Assembly (NCBI GenBank): GCA_963823035.1
Contig: CAWGKG010000019.1
Span: forward strand, 1 to 64,000
DNA: 64,000 nt
Source: an uncultured Gemmatimonadales bacterium
Lineage (GTDB): Bacteria > Gemmatimonadota > Gemmatimonadetes > Longimicrobiales > Gaopeijiaceae
Direction: 5' to 3'
The position numbers and the translations under genes are program-made. The notes under the pieces were generated by a model. The model was given only the letters and a program-made list of their open reading frames with translations. It had not been told where the DNA came from and ran no database searches. Positions 30,332 to 41,057 of this stretch are shown one piece after another (positions within the stretch are counted from its first letter, which is position 1; each line of letters begins with the position of its first letter).

Positions 30332-31432
30332 TCAGGACGCGGCCGTTCCCATCGTCGCGGCGTCGTAGCCGCCGAGCGCCTCCACCTGCGCGCGGACGCC
30401 GGGTCGGCGGAGGAGCCCCAGGAGCGCCTCCACGCCGGGGAGGTCCAGGAAGTGATCCGGGATGACCAGCTCGTAGGCCTCCTCGCGCAGTGGGAGGACG
30501 TCCAGGCCTCGCGCGCGTCCCGCCGCCCGGATGGCCACGCCGGCATCCGCCGCGCCGGCGGCGATCCCGTCCGCGACGGCGAGGTGGCCCCGGGCCGTCG
30601 TCGCGTATCCCGCGACATCGGACGGCTCCACGCCGGCCGCGGCCAGCAGCTCGTCGAGCAGGGCCCGACTCCCCGATCCCTCCTCCCGGTTCAGGAGTCG
30701 AACCTGCCCGCCCGCCAGATCCCCGATCCCGCCGATGGCGTGTGCGGCCCCCGGCCGGGCCAGCAGCCCCTGCTCCCAGACCGCGAAGGAGACGCGCGTA
30801 CAGGGGAAGGGCACCAGCGCATGCACCGACGGCGCGTTCCACGCGCCCGAGGCGGCGTCGCGCAGATGGACGCCGGCCACGTGCGCCTCCCCTCGAGCCA
30901 GCGTGATCAACGCCGCTCGGCTGCCCCGCTGGCTCCAGCTCACCTCGATGCCGCGCTCCCGACGAAGAGCCTCCGCGACGATGCCGAACGCGGGGTCGCA
31001 CCCGACCACGGCCAGCCCCGCCGGCGGCGGGCCGTCGGCGAACACGCGGACGCTCACCTCGCCTCCTTCGACGCGCTCCACCACGCCGTCCGCAAGGGCA
31101 TCGGTTCGGTGCGCCTCCGCGCAGGGATGCGCGATCCACCTGCCGCCGATCCGCGTCAGGCGAACGCGATGGCCGGGCCCGGGCGCGCCCGCGCCGGACC
31201 ATGCCGCGGACCGCCGATCCGCCGGTCGATCGGGGAGGCGGAACAACGCGCCGACGGGGCGCCCGAGCGCCGCCGCGAGCCGCAGCGCGATCTCCGTCGA
31301 AGGGACCGAGCTTCCGGATTCGATGGCCGCGTAGCTCTGGCGCGAGATGCCGGCCGCCTCGGCCATGCGGGCCTGACTCCAGCCGAGGCGCTCGCGCTCC
31401 GCGCCGAGCTCGTTGCGGAGACGGTCGCTCAT
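30332..31432 (-). CDS. XRE-HTH + periplasmic-binding-like domain regulator (molybdate-associated)
   Basis: RERLGWSQARMAEAAGISRQSYAAIESG; GCDPA, GSRAAL..LARGEAHVAGVHL, NREEGSGSR, H..VA..I..G.ADAG. Confidence 0.85.
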   Translation of the reverse strand: MSDRLRNELGAERERLGWSQARMAEAAGISRQSYAAIESGSSVPSTEIALRLAAALGRPVGALFRLPDRPADRRSAAWSGAGAPGPGHRVRLTRIGGRWIAHPCAEAHRTDALADGVVERVEGGEVSVRVFADGPPPAGLAVVGCDPAFGIVAEALRRERGIEVSWSQRGSRAALITLARGEAHVAGVHLRDAASGAWNAPSVHALVPFPCTRVSFAVWEQGLLARPGAAHAIGGIGDLAGGQVRLLNREEGSGSRALLDELLAAAGVEPSDVAGYATTARGHLAVADGIAAGAADAGVAIRAAGRARGLDVLPLREEAYELVIPDHFLDLPGVEALLGLLRRPGVRAQVEALGGYDAATMGTAAS

Positions 31433-32514
31433 GGCGCGTGCCGCGGGGCGGAGACGTCGGCCTGGATGCCGATCTCGGTGGCCTTCATCGCCACCCACAC
31501 CTCGGATCCGGGTGCGAGGCCGAGCTCCTCGCGCGCCTCGTCCGTCACCTCCACCGTGAGCGGGAGCGGTGCGCCGGTGAGGAGACGGACCCGATGGCCG
31601 AGGCGCTCGACCCGCTCGACCCTCGTGGGCCAGCTGTTGCGGAAGCTGCCCCCCGGCCGCGTGGGGTGGAGAGAGATGGCCGTCGGGCGGATGGTGATCA
31701 GGACGGGCCCCTCGATCTCGTGGTCGGCGACGTGGAGCACGTGCATGCCCGTATCGACCTCGCCCCCGCGCGCGGTCCCGCCGAGGAGGTTCGTTCCGCC
31801 GAGGTCCGCGGCGTATCGGGTGCGGGGGCGCAGGCGGATGTCGTCGGCCGTGCCGGTCTGCGTCACCCTGCCGTCCTCGACGATGTGGATCTCGTCGGCC
31901 AGCAGGAACGCCTCGGCGGGGTCGTGGGTGATGAGGAGCCGTGGCCCGTCGAACTCGCGGAGATGCGCGGCCAGCATCCGCCGGACCTCGGAGCGGGTCG
32001 TGACGTCGAGCGCCCCGAGGGGCTCGTCGAGGAGCAGCAGGTCGGGCTCCGTGGCGAGCGTCCGGGCCAGCGCCACGCGCTGGGCCTGGCCTCCGGACAG
32101 GTCCCGCGGGCGGCGCTCCTCCAACCCCGTGAGCTCGAGCCGCTCGATCCACATGCGGGCCCGGCCGCGAGCCTCCGCGCGCCCCATCCCCCGACTCCTC
32201 GGGCCGAAGGCGACGTTCTCGAGCACGCCGAGGTGGGGGAAGAGCAGGTAGTCCTGGAACACCACGCCGACCCTACGGCGCTCGGCGGGAACGAGCACGC
32301 CGGCGGCCGGATCGTCGAGGACCACGCCGCCGAGCGCGATGCGCCCCGCCTCGAGGGGGAGGATCCCGGCGAGCGCCGCGACGGCGGTGGACTTCCCCGC
32401 CCCGTTGGGCCCGAGCAGGGCGGCGGTCCGACCCGCCGGAACCGAGAGCCGGATGTCCAGACGGAACGACTCCGACCGGCCGACGACGAGCGTCGCCTCG
32501 AGCCCGCCGCTCAC
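31429..32514 (-). CDS. modC: Molybdate ABC transporter ATP-binding protein
   Basis: GPNGAGKST, FQDYLLFPHL, LSGGQAQRVALAR, LLLDEP, C-terminal TOBE domain. Confidence 0.9.
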   Translation of the reverse strand: MSGGLEATLVVGRSESFRLDIRLSVPAGRTAALLGPNGAGKSTAVAALAGILPLEAGRIALGGVVLDDPAAGVLVPAERRRVGVVFQDYLLFPHLGVLENVAFGPRSRGMGRAEARGRARMWIERLELTGLEERRPRDLSGGQAQRVALARTLATEPDLLLLDEPLGALDVTTRSEVRRMLAAHLREFDGPRLLITHDPAEAFLLADEIHIVEDGRVTQTGTADDIRLRPRTRYAADLGGTNLLGGTARGGEVDTGMHVLHVADHEIEGPVLITIRPTAISLHPTRPGGSFRNSWPTRVERVERLGHRVRLLTGAPLPLTVEVTDEAREELGLAPGSEVWVAMKATEIGIQADVSAPRHAP

Positions 32515-33322
32515 AGCGCCTTCCACCATCGGTCGCGTAGCGCCACCAGCACCAGCAACGAGACCACCACCATCACGAGGCTGATCGCGACCGCGGTGTC
32601 CCGATCCCGCTCCAGCGCGACGAACACCGCCAGGGGGAGCGTCTGCGTCCGCCCCTGGAGGTTGCCGGCGAAGGTGATGGTGGCGCCGAACTCGCCGAAC
32701 GCGCGCGCCCAGGTCAGCACCAGGCCAGCCACGAGGGACGGCGCGATCATCGGCAGGGTGACCCGGCGCAGCACCGTCCAACGGTGGGCGCCGAGGCTCG
32801 CCGCCGCGTCCTCGTAGCGCCGGTCCATGTTGCGGAGCGCCCCCTCCACCGTGATGACCAGGAAGGGCATGGCCACGAAGGTGTTGGCGACGATCACCCC
32901 CCAGGTGGAGAACGGAAGCAGGAGGCCGGTGGCCTGCTCGAGCGGTGCGCCCACGAGGCCGCGTCGCCCGAGGGCGAAGAGGAGGGCCGCGCCCCCGACG
33001 ACCGGTGGGAGCACGAGCGGGAGCGTCACGATCCCCCGGACCAGAGCGCGGCCGGGGAAGTCGACGCGCGCGAGGAGCCAGGCCAGCGGCACGCCGAGGA
33101 CCAGCGAGATCGACGGTCGCGGAGACCGACGTGATCGCCGAGATCCGCAGCGCGTCGGTGACCACGTCGCCGGCGAGGAGCGCGGGCAACCGCGCCCAGG
33201 GCGTACGCGCCACCAGGCCGGCGAGGGGCAGGAGGAAGAGCGCCATGCCGGCGCCCGCCAGCGATCGCCAGGAGGAGCGGCGGCCGTGGCCGGCCGCGGC
33301 GGCGCGGAGGAGGAGGGTTCAA
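32511..33322 (-). CDS. modB: Molybdate ABC transporter permease (frameshifts near 33260 and 33112)
   Basis: LPLVLPPVVGG, YEDAAASLGA, WARAFGEFGATITFAGNLQGRTQTLPLA. Confidence 0.9.
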
Positions 33323-34110
33323 GGCGCCGCGAACCCGTGCTTCGCGAGGATCGCCCTCCCGTCGTACGACAACACGAACCGTACGAAGGCCTCGGCCGCG
33401 TCCGGGTTGGGCGCGCCCGCCAGGACCGCGATCGGATACACGGCCACCACGTTCTGGTCTTCGGGGATGACGATCCCCTCCACGGCTCCGTGCGTCGACG
33501 CCACGTCGGTCACGTAGGTGATGCCCGCGTCCAGCTCGCCCAGCTCGACCTTGGTCAGGAGCGCGCGCACGTCCGGTTCGTTGGTGTCGGGGGCCGGGAC
33601 GACGCCGGCCCGCTCCAGGGCGCGGCGCGCGAACTCGCCGCAGGGGACCTCCTCGGCGCACAGGCCGAGGCGGAGGGCTTCGTCGGCGAAGTCGTCGAGA
33701 CCGTGGACGCCCGCCGGGTTCCCGGCGGGGACCGCGATCTGGAGGAGATTGCGCGCGAACACGCGGGGCTCGCCCGACACCCGCCCGGCCTCGACGACCC
33801 GGTCCATGTTCGAGGCGTTCGCCGAGGCGAAGACGTCCACCGGGGCGCCCTCGAGGATCTGGGCCCTGAGCGACGAGCTTCCGCCCAGGTTCAGCAGGAC
33901 CTTCACGCCCGGATGAGCCGCCTCGAAGGCGACTTCGATCTCCGCGAAGGCGTCGGTCAGCGACGCGGCCGCCGACACGAGGACCTCTCCCTGGAGGTGC
34001 GTTCCGAGCGTCGAGCCCGCTTCGGCGCGGTCGTCCGGAGCCTCCCGGCCTCCACAGGCGGCCGTGATCAACGCCAGCGCCGCTGCCCATGCCCGCCGAC
34101 GCAACGCCAT
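33319..34110 (-). CDS. modA: Molybdate ABC transporter substrate-binding lipoprotein
   Basis: Lipobox TAAC; SAAASLTDAF, GGSSSL..QI.EGAP.DVFASA, VPCG, DVRALLTKV.LGE.DAG..Y.TD. Confidence 0.92.
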   Translation of the reverse strand: MALRRRAWAAALALITAACGGREAPDDRAEAGSTLGTHLQGEVLVSAAASLTDAFAEIEVAFEAAHPGVKVLLNLGGSSSLRAQILEGAPVDVFASANASNMDRVVEAGRVSGEPRVFARNLLQIAVPAGNPAGVHGLDDFADEALRLGLCAEEVPCGEFARRALERAGVVPAPDTNEPDVRALLTKVELGELDAGITYVTDVASTHGAVEGIVIPEDQNVVAVYPIAVLAGAPNPDAAEAFVRFVLSYDGRAILAKHGFAAP

Positions 34111-34117
34111 CGCCTCC

Positions 34118-34860
34118 TCAGCATCCGGGTGGGCATCGGGACCGCCCGGGATCGTCCCCGGGAACGGCGTCGGATGTAAAGTATGCCTGCTGGCATGTCA
34201 AGCAAACCTCGCCTACGCGAGGCGCCGATGCTCCTGCCCGCCGATCGCCGCAACCGCCGGGCGCCTGCGGCTCATTGCGGACGTGGGCGTATTCGCGCCC
34301 GTTCCAGTGCCAGACGCCGAAGCAGAAGCCGGGGCCGCCGATGAGCAGGTCGGCGAACCCCGGCGTCGTGCTCGTGCGCACCTCGGCGATCAGCCCCGTG
34401 ACGCCGAGGCCGAGGCGGTAGTGGCCGCTCGGGTCCTTCACGAACAGCGCCACCGACGTCCCCGCCATCCCCGACGTGCAGGCGTTTCCGTAGTCGACCA
34501 CGACCTCCGGGCCGCCGTCGCCGTTCAGATCCGGGAACGACATCCGCGTCGATACCGGCAGACCGCACGCTCCGTCCAGGAGCTCGGTGGCGTCCGGCGA
34601 GACCGTCAGGGCGAGGGAACGGGCGATGTCGATCTGCTCCCCCGTGGAAAGGCCGCCGGAGCCCTCACGGAACAGCAGGCTCACGAGCTTCCGGTCGTGG
34701 CGGACGAGACGGGGTCGTCCCCGGCCACCGCCCGCTCCGGCGCCACGTTCGCGCCGGGTCGTGGGGCGCACCCGTCGGCGCCCGCCGCCGCGAGGAACGC
34801 GACGAGGGCGAACGCGTGAGCACGTTGCCGCGCGGGAGCCCGGAGCGTGGAGCTACTCAT
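34118..34860 (-). CDS. Hypothetical secreted protein (frameshift near 34700; 3' end uncertain)
   Basis: Signal-like N-terminus in one frame; DLNGDGGPEV, GNACTSG.AG, GGPGFCFGVW.WNG in another. Confidence 0.5.
34173..34201 (-). promoter_or_regulatory. Sigma70-type promoter of the mod operon with palindromic operator
   Basis: Minus-strand TTGACA at 34201-34196, 17 nt, then TACATC; ATGCC-N4-GGCAT dyad at 34183-34196. Confidence 0.55.
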
Positions 34861-34877
34861 CTCGTTCCATCCGGCGC

Positions 34878-36076
34878 CTATCCGCCGGACGCCTGGCGTG
34901 CGTGCCACGCCGCCAGTACCTCGGCTTCCCGCTTCATCCCGATGCCGTTGATCTCGCCGTTGAGCGTGGCGAGCTGCTGCTCCTCGCGGACGCGTCTTGT
35001 GCCAGTCGAGCGTGTCCTTCGCGGTCACGGCGAGCGGGCCGGAAGGTGAGCCCCTGCGCGATGGCCTTGACCGCGCTGCGGCGCTGGAAGCCGGCCGTGC
35101 GTCCGTAGGGAGGCTGCCACACCGTCATGTCGCGCCAGGGGCGCACGCCCTGCTCCTGCAGGAACTCCCAGGGCACCCAGGTGAACTGGGCGCCGGCCGT
35201 GGTCACCGCCTTCACCCCGTAGAGCATCTCGGCGAAGGTCATGGGGTGCTCGGGGCCGATGGCGTTGTACAGCCCGAGCACGCGCGCCTCGGCCATCCGC
35301 ACCATCCACTCGGCCAGGTCGCGGGAGTCGATGAACTGGCAGGGGTTGTCCGGCTTGTCGGGCGCGAGCACCTCGCCGCCCTGGTCGATGCGGGCCGGCC
35401 ACCAGGTGAACCGATCCGTGCGATCGAGGGGCCCGACGATGAGGCAGGGCCGGATGATCGTCCACATGTCCGGATACGTCCGCCTGACCTCCTCTTCCGC
35501 GCGCACCTTGAGCGGCCCGTAGTACCGCGACGCAGCTGCCCGGTCGAGGGTGTACGGGTCCACGTCCGCGGGTAGCTCGCGCACCGGACTCTCCTCGTTC
35601 AGCCCGATGATGCTGTTGTCGCTGTAGACCGACGTCGTCGAGATGAACATGTAGTGCCCGACGTTGCCGGCGAGGTAGCGGCCCGCGTTGCGCACCCAGG
35701 CCGGGAACGTGGTGGGGTTGTCGAGGACGACGTCGAACTTCTTCCCCTCCAGCGCGCTCGTGTCGTCGTTCAGGTCGCCGACGAGCTCCTCGGCCACGCG
35801 CCCCTTGAAGAGGCCGGGGCGGGTCTGGTTCCGGTTGAAGAGCGTTACCCGGTGGCCGCGCGCGATGGCGTACTCCACCTGCTCGGGGCCGGTGAAGCCG
35901 GTGCCGCCGAGGATCAGCATGTCGAGCGGGGCAGGGGCCCGGCCCACGGGTCGGGCCGGACCGCGCGGAGCGACCCGGAGGAGGAGGCTTCTCCCCGGGT
36001 CGGCACGCATCCCGAGTCCGGCGGCTCCCCCGACCACGGAGACCGTTCTGATGAAGGAGCGACGATCGGTAGCCAC
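34878..36076 (-). CDS. Tat-exported NAD-dependent epimerase/dehydratase (SDR) (frameshifts near 35035 and 34985)
   Basis: DRRSFI Tat motif; LILGGTGFTG, FISTTSVY, YGPLK, IRP.LIVGP.D.TDRFTWW. Confidence 0.85.
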
Positions 36077-36210
36077 GGGGTCTCCCGGTGGAGGTCGGCA
36101 CTCTGGCCGTCGGGCGAGGCGGGCGACGTGCCAACTTGCGGTACCGCGGTCGAGGTTGTCCACTGGAGGGTTCGGCTCCAGCTGCCCACCCTCGTGCCGG
36201 GACCCGCACC

Positions 36211-37549
36211 GTGACCTCCACGCTCCGTCGCTTCGCGAACGTACGCCGCGCCGAGGTTCCCGCGCTGCTCGCCTCGGTCCTCTTCTTCTTCTGCGTGCTC
36301 ACCGCGCTCATGGTCATCCGGCCGGCACGGGAAGCGCTCGGCATGCGGAGCGGACTCGACACCGTCCGGTGGCTCTTCGTGGGAACCGCGGTGGTCACGC
36401 TGGCGGTGAATCCGGTCTTCGGGTTGCTGGTCTCGCGTGTCCGGCGGATCACGTTCATCGCCGCGACCTACCTGTTCTTCGCGGCGAGCCTCCTGGTGTT
36501 CTGGTGGCTTCTGACCTTCGCCCCCGAGCGCACCGGTGAGATCTCGGGGCGCGTCTTCTACGTCTGGTTCAGCGTCTTCAACCTGTTCAGCACCATGGTC
36601 TTCTGGGCCCTCATGGTGGACCGGTTCTCGCTGGAGCAGTCGAAGCGGCTGTTCGGCGTCGTGGCGGTGGGCGGCACCCTCGGAGCGATGTTCGGTCCCT
36701 GGCTCGCGTGGACGTACGTGGACGCCATCGGGACCGCCAACCTCATCCTGGTCGCCGTGGGCTTTCTGGTGGTGGCGGTGGTGGCCGCGGGGTTGGTCGC
36801 CCACCTCCAGCCCGAGAGTGGCCGGGAGGTCGTTGCCGGGATCCCGGCGACGGAGCCGGCCGCGGATGGCCGACGAGGTCATCGGCGGAACGGCGCTGGA
36901 GGGATTCCTCGGCGTGGCGCGCTCGCCCTACCTCCTCGGGATCGCCGCGTTCGTGCTGATCATGACCGTCATGGCCACCTTCATCTACTTCACCCGGCTC
37001 CAGATGGTGGCGGCCATGACCCAGGTGGTCGACGAGCGGACGGGTCTCTTCGCCCGGATCGACTTCTGGACGCAGTTCGCGACCCTGGCGCTCCAGCTCT
37101 TCGTCACCGGCCACATCATGAGGCGGCTGGGGGTGGCGGTCGCCATGGCGCTCCTGCCGTTGACCCTCGCCCTGGGCTTCCTCGGCCTCGCGCTCACGGG
37201 GAGCTTCGTGGCGCTGGTCCTGCTCGAGGCGGCCTTCCGCGCCATGCAGCGCGGGGTCACCCGCCCGGCGCGCGAGACGCTCTTCACCGTCGTGACCCGC
37301 GAGGACCGATACAAGTCGAAGGCCGTCATCGACACCTTCGTCTATCGGACCGGCGACGTCGTGGGTGCCTGGACCGAGGGACTCCTCGGGAAGCTCGGCG
37401 GAGGCGTGCCCCTCCTCACCGCGCTCGTCATCCCGGCGGCGGCGGTCTGGGCGGGCCTCTCCATCTGGTTGGCGCGCGAGCAGGGGAAGATCGCGGCGGA
37501 ACGGGCGGCATCGGCCGCGCGGACTGTGTCCGCCGCCGAGCTTCCCTAG
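36211..37549 (+). CDS. MFS transporter, NTP/NDP-exchange (ATP/ADP translocase-like) family (frameshift near 36850)
   Basis: IRPAREALG, FYVWFSVFNLF..FW..M.D.F..EQSKRLFG, RPARETLFTVV.REDRYKSK..IDTFVYRTGD. Confidence 0.85.
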
Positions 37550-37712
37550 TGTGGTGCCGCAGAAATACCTCGGCCATTCGAGCGCCGATGCATCCGGCCC
37601 TGCGGCGTTGCTCCTCCTCGAAATAGCTCTGCTATGCCTCGTCGTCGCGCCTTGCAGGATCCAGCGCCTCGACGCTCTCGGTGGCTCGCGGATTTCTGCG
37701 GCACCACACTAG
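37546..37712. mobile_element. MITE-like palindromic element with terminal inverted repeats, flanked by CTAG
   Basis: CCTAGTGTGGTGCCGCAGAAAT (37545-37566) is the exact reverse complement of 37692-37713; the interior is also self-complementary around ATAGC-TCT-GCTAT; no transposase. Confidence 0.8.
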
Positions 37713-37972
37713 GACTCGTCCGACGCCTCTCCCTCGGCGGGCTCCGGCGGCGTCTTCCGGTCGGGCGACTCCAGGAGCGCCCTGTAGAAGTCCCGCTCCT
37801 CTTCCAGCTTGGCCAGGCGGGTGTGCAGCTCACCCACGGCTTCGTTCAACTGTTCGATGTCCTCGGGACGGCTGCCCTCGCGCAGGCGGGGCCGCTCCGA
37901 CCGGGCCATGAGCACCTTGCCGACGGTGGAGATCAGGACGATCAGCAGGATGAACTCGAAGACGCCGATCAC
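37709..37972 (-). CDS. Small single-TM coiled-coil protein (PspB-like architecture)
   Basis: N-terminal TM, then LNEAVGELHTRLAKLEEERDFYRALL. Confidence 0.7.
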   Translation of the reverse strand: MIGVFEFILLIVLISTVGKVLMARSERPRLREGSRPEDIEQLNEAVGELHTRLAKLEEERDFYRALLESPDRKTPPEPAEGEASDES

Positions 37973-37991
37973 GGGAGCCCCCCACCGTCTC

Positions 37992-39238
37992 TCACGCTCG
38001 TCCCATCACCTTCGCCAGCGCTCCCACGGCGCGCTCGATGTCGGACTCGTCGTTGAAGATGTGCGTGGAGATGCGGATGGCGTTGTACTGAGCGCTCCCG
38101 CGCTTCAGCACGATGTCGTAGTCGTCCGCGAGGGTGTTGCGGATCCGACCGGCGTCCCCGCGCTCCAGGGAGATCGTGAGGATCCCCCCGCAGAGCGCCT
38201 CGTCCACGGGGGTGATCGCCTTCACCCCGTCCACCCTCGCAGCGCTTCCCGCAGGTGGCGGCGTAGCTCCCTGCACCGGGCTTCCACCCTGTCGCGCCCC
38301 AACGTGTCGTGGAAGTCCATGGCCACCCCGTGGGCGAGGATGCCCGCCACGTTCCTCGTCCCGCCGGAGGCGGTGTAGACCTGGTAGCCGGTTCGCAGCG
38401 GGAGAGGCCTCACCCGCTCCTGCACCTCCTTCCGGACGTAGAGGAGGCCCGAGCCTTTCGGCGCCAGCATCCACTTGTGCGAGCTGGACGCGTAGGTGTC
38501 CACGCCCAGGGCGTGGACGTCCACGTCCAGCATGCCCGGTGCCTGGGCGCCGTCGCACACCAGCAGGATGCCCCGGGGGCGGGTCGCCTCGGCGATGGCC
38601 GCCATGGGCATCACCAGCCCGGTGATGGTGCTCACGTGGCTGAACGAGCACACGCGGGTACGCGGCGTGAGATGGCGCTTCACCAGCTCGACCACCTGGT
38701 CGGCCGACGTTGCCGTGGCCGGCATCTCGATGCGCACGATCTCGGCACCCGTGCGTTCGGCCAGCCACTCCCAGCACACGCTCCCGCCGGGGTGCTCGTG
38801 GTCGGTGGAGAGGATCTGGTCGCCGGGTTCCAGCCTCAGGCCCTGGGCGATGTGGTTCATCCCCTCGGTGGTGTTGCGCGTGAGCGCCACCTCGTCCAGG
38901 TCGGCACCGAGGAAGCTCGCTGCGCGGGCGCGCACGTCCTCCATGCGTTGTTCGCCGGCGGCGCCGAAGACCTGGTCCTGAGGGTTGCTCTCCACCTCCC
39001 ACAGGAAGTCCGTGAAGGCGCTCACCACCGGGCGGGGCGTCGCGCCGATGGTGGCCGAGTTCATGTGCACCAGGCCCGGACGCAGGAGAAACCGGCTGCG
39101 CACCTCCTTCCAGAACGCGTCGTCGTCGGGCGCCACGGCCAGGTCCCGGCGCAGGTCGGCGAGATCGCGCGTCGCCTCCGCCACCCACGGCATCACGGCC
39201 GCCGCGCTCATCCGGTGCAGGAAGGTACGTCTGTGCAT
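37992..39238 (-). CDS. Tat-exported class V PLP aminotransferase (isopenicillin N epimerase/cysteine desulfurase-like; frameshift near 38240)
   Basis: MHRRTFL; RNTTEG, DHEHPGG, DGAQ, SSHKWMLAPKG, IRISTHIFN. Confidence 0.88.
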
Positions 39239-39440
39239 GGGGGCACTCCTGTGCGACCTGGGCTCCGCGCTCCGGGGCGTCCCGCGCATCGCGGGCCCGG
39301 TGGGCCGGAAGGGGAGGCTCCGGGTGATGAGAAGAACGTACGGGAGATCGCCCGGACCAGCCATCGAGGTCATCCCCCCATCGGGTCGGCTCGCTCGGGT
39401 CAACCTTTGACGCCGGCGCGCGCCGCCCCTAAATTCACAT

Positions 39441-41039
39441 ATGCCTTCGACCCGACGCGAAGCCCTCGCCCGGCTGGCGGCCCTCGCCGCGGCCGCCGCC
39501 GTTCCGCGGCGCGCGTGGTCGCTCACGGACGCGGAGCCGCTCGACGGCACCATCGCCGCCTACCGTGAAGGGCTGCGCCGCGGCACATGGAGCGCGGCCG
39601 AGGTCGCCGCGCTTGCCCTGGACCGCTGCCGCGCGGAGGGGAGGGCATGGCGGGCCATCGACGTGCTGTCGGAGACCGTCCCCGCCGAAGCGCGCGCCGC
39701 GGATGCCCGCCGGCGCTCCGGCCGCCTGCGGGGTCCGCTCGACGGCGTCCCCGTCTTCGCCAAGGCCATCTACGACATGGAGGGTCTGCCGACCACGGGT
39801 TCCAACGCCGAGTGGGCGCGCCTCTTTCCCGAGGCGGTGCGGCGCGATGCGCTGGAGGTGGCACGGTTGCGCGCGGCGGGCGCCATCGTCCTCGGAAAGA
39901 CCGCTGCCGACGACTTCGCCTATCACGGCAACGGCACCAGCAGCCATACGGGGCAGGTGCTCAATCCGCACGACGCCACGGGCACGCGCACGCCCGGCGG
40001 GTCGAGCGCGGGCTCGGCGGTCGCGGTCGCGGGGGGGATGGCCTTCGCCGCGCTCGGCACGGACGACGGCGGCTCCAACCGGATCCCCGCCCAGTTCACG
40101 GGCGTGGTGGGGATGAAGCCGACCTTCGGGCTGGTTCCGCGCACCGGCGTGATCCCCACCTGGCCGTACCTCGACACCCACGGCCCGCTCGCACGCTCCG
40201 TGGCGGACGCGGCACTCCTCCTCGCGACCGTGGCGGGGGCCGACCCTTCGGATCCGCTCGCGCGCACGGAGGCCTGGAACGGGACCGCGCTCGCCACGCT
40301 GAAGGACGAGGCGCTCGCCGGCGTTCGGCTCGGGCTCGTCGAGGCACACGTCCCGCGCGAGGAGATGTCGGCCGAAGCGCTCGCCGTGTGGGACCGCGCG
40401 CTGAGCGACCTGGGCGCCGCCGGAGCGACGGTCGAGCCGTTCGCCCCCGCGGTCACCCTGTGGGACGTGCGGGACGCCTTCGCCGCCGCGGCGCAGGAGC
40501 GGGGCGACGTGGCCGCGGACCCGAGATCGCCCGCGCCGACGGCCAACGCGCTCCACCTCTACTTCGCCGGCCGCTCCGACCAGCCGCGTGAGGCCATGCG
40601 CCGGGGGTACGCGGCCTATCGGGCCTTCTACGACGTGCTGCCCGAGAGCTGGGAAGCCTGCGAGCCGCTGCTCGCCCGGCCCATGGCGGACGACGTGGCG
40701 CGGGCGCTCCTTCGCGCGCTCGCGCGCCCAGGTGGTGGCGGCGCTGGCCGACACCCTGCGCGCCGCGGGAGTCGCGGCGATGGTCTATCCGACCATGCCG
40801 TTCAACGCGCCGCGCGTCGTCGACGCGTGGCCGCCCGTTCGCACCACGCTGGGCTACGGCAACTGGCTCGGCCTGCCGGAGGTGTCGATCCCGGCGGGGA
40901 TCGGTGCCGACGGGATGCCGGCGCTCAACCTGTCCATCGTGGGGCTCCCGGGGGACGACGCGCGCGTGCTGGCGTTGGCGCACGCCTACGAGCGGCAGTC
41001 GCACCGTTTCGTCGCCCCGCCGCGTCCCGCGCGGGGTAG
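39441..41039 (+). CDS. Tat-exported amidase-signature enzyme (frameshift near 40700)
   Basis: TRREAL Tat motif; GPLDGVP, PGGSSAGSA, GTDDGGSNRIPA, G.KPT.GLV.R.G. Confidence 0.88.
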   Translation: MPSTRREALARLAALAAAAAVPRRAWSLTDAEPLDGTIAAYREGLRRGTWSAAEVAALALDRCRAEGRAWRAIDVLSETVPAEARAADARRRSGRLRGPLDGVPVFAKAIYDMEGLPTTGSNAEWARLFPEAVRRDALEVARLRAAGAIVLGKTAADDFAYHGNGTSSHTGQVLNPHDATGTRTPGGSSAGSAVAVAGGMAFAALGTDDGGSNRIPAQFTGVVGMKPTFGLVPRTGVIPTWPYLDTHGPLARSVADAALLLATVAGADPSDPLARTEAWNGTALATLKDEALAGVRLGLVEAHVPREEMSAEALAVWDRALSDLGAAGATVEPFAPAVTLWDVRDAFAAAAQERGDVAADPRSPAPTANALHLYFAGRSDQPREAMRRGYAAYRAFYDVLPESWEACEPLLARPMADDVARALLRALARPGGGGAGRHPARRGSRGDGLSDHAVQRAARRRRVAARSHHAGLRQLARPAGGVDPGGDRCRRDAGAQPVHRGAPGGRRARAGVGARLRAAVAPFRRPAASRAG

Positions 41040-41057
41040 GCGAGCAGTCCACGCCGA

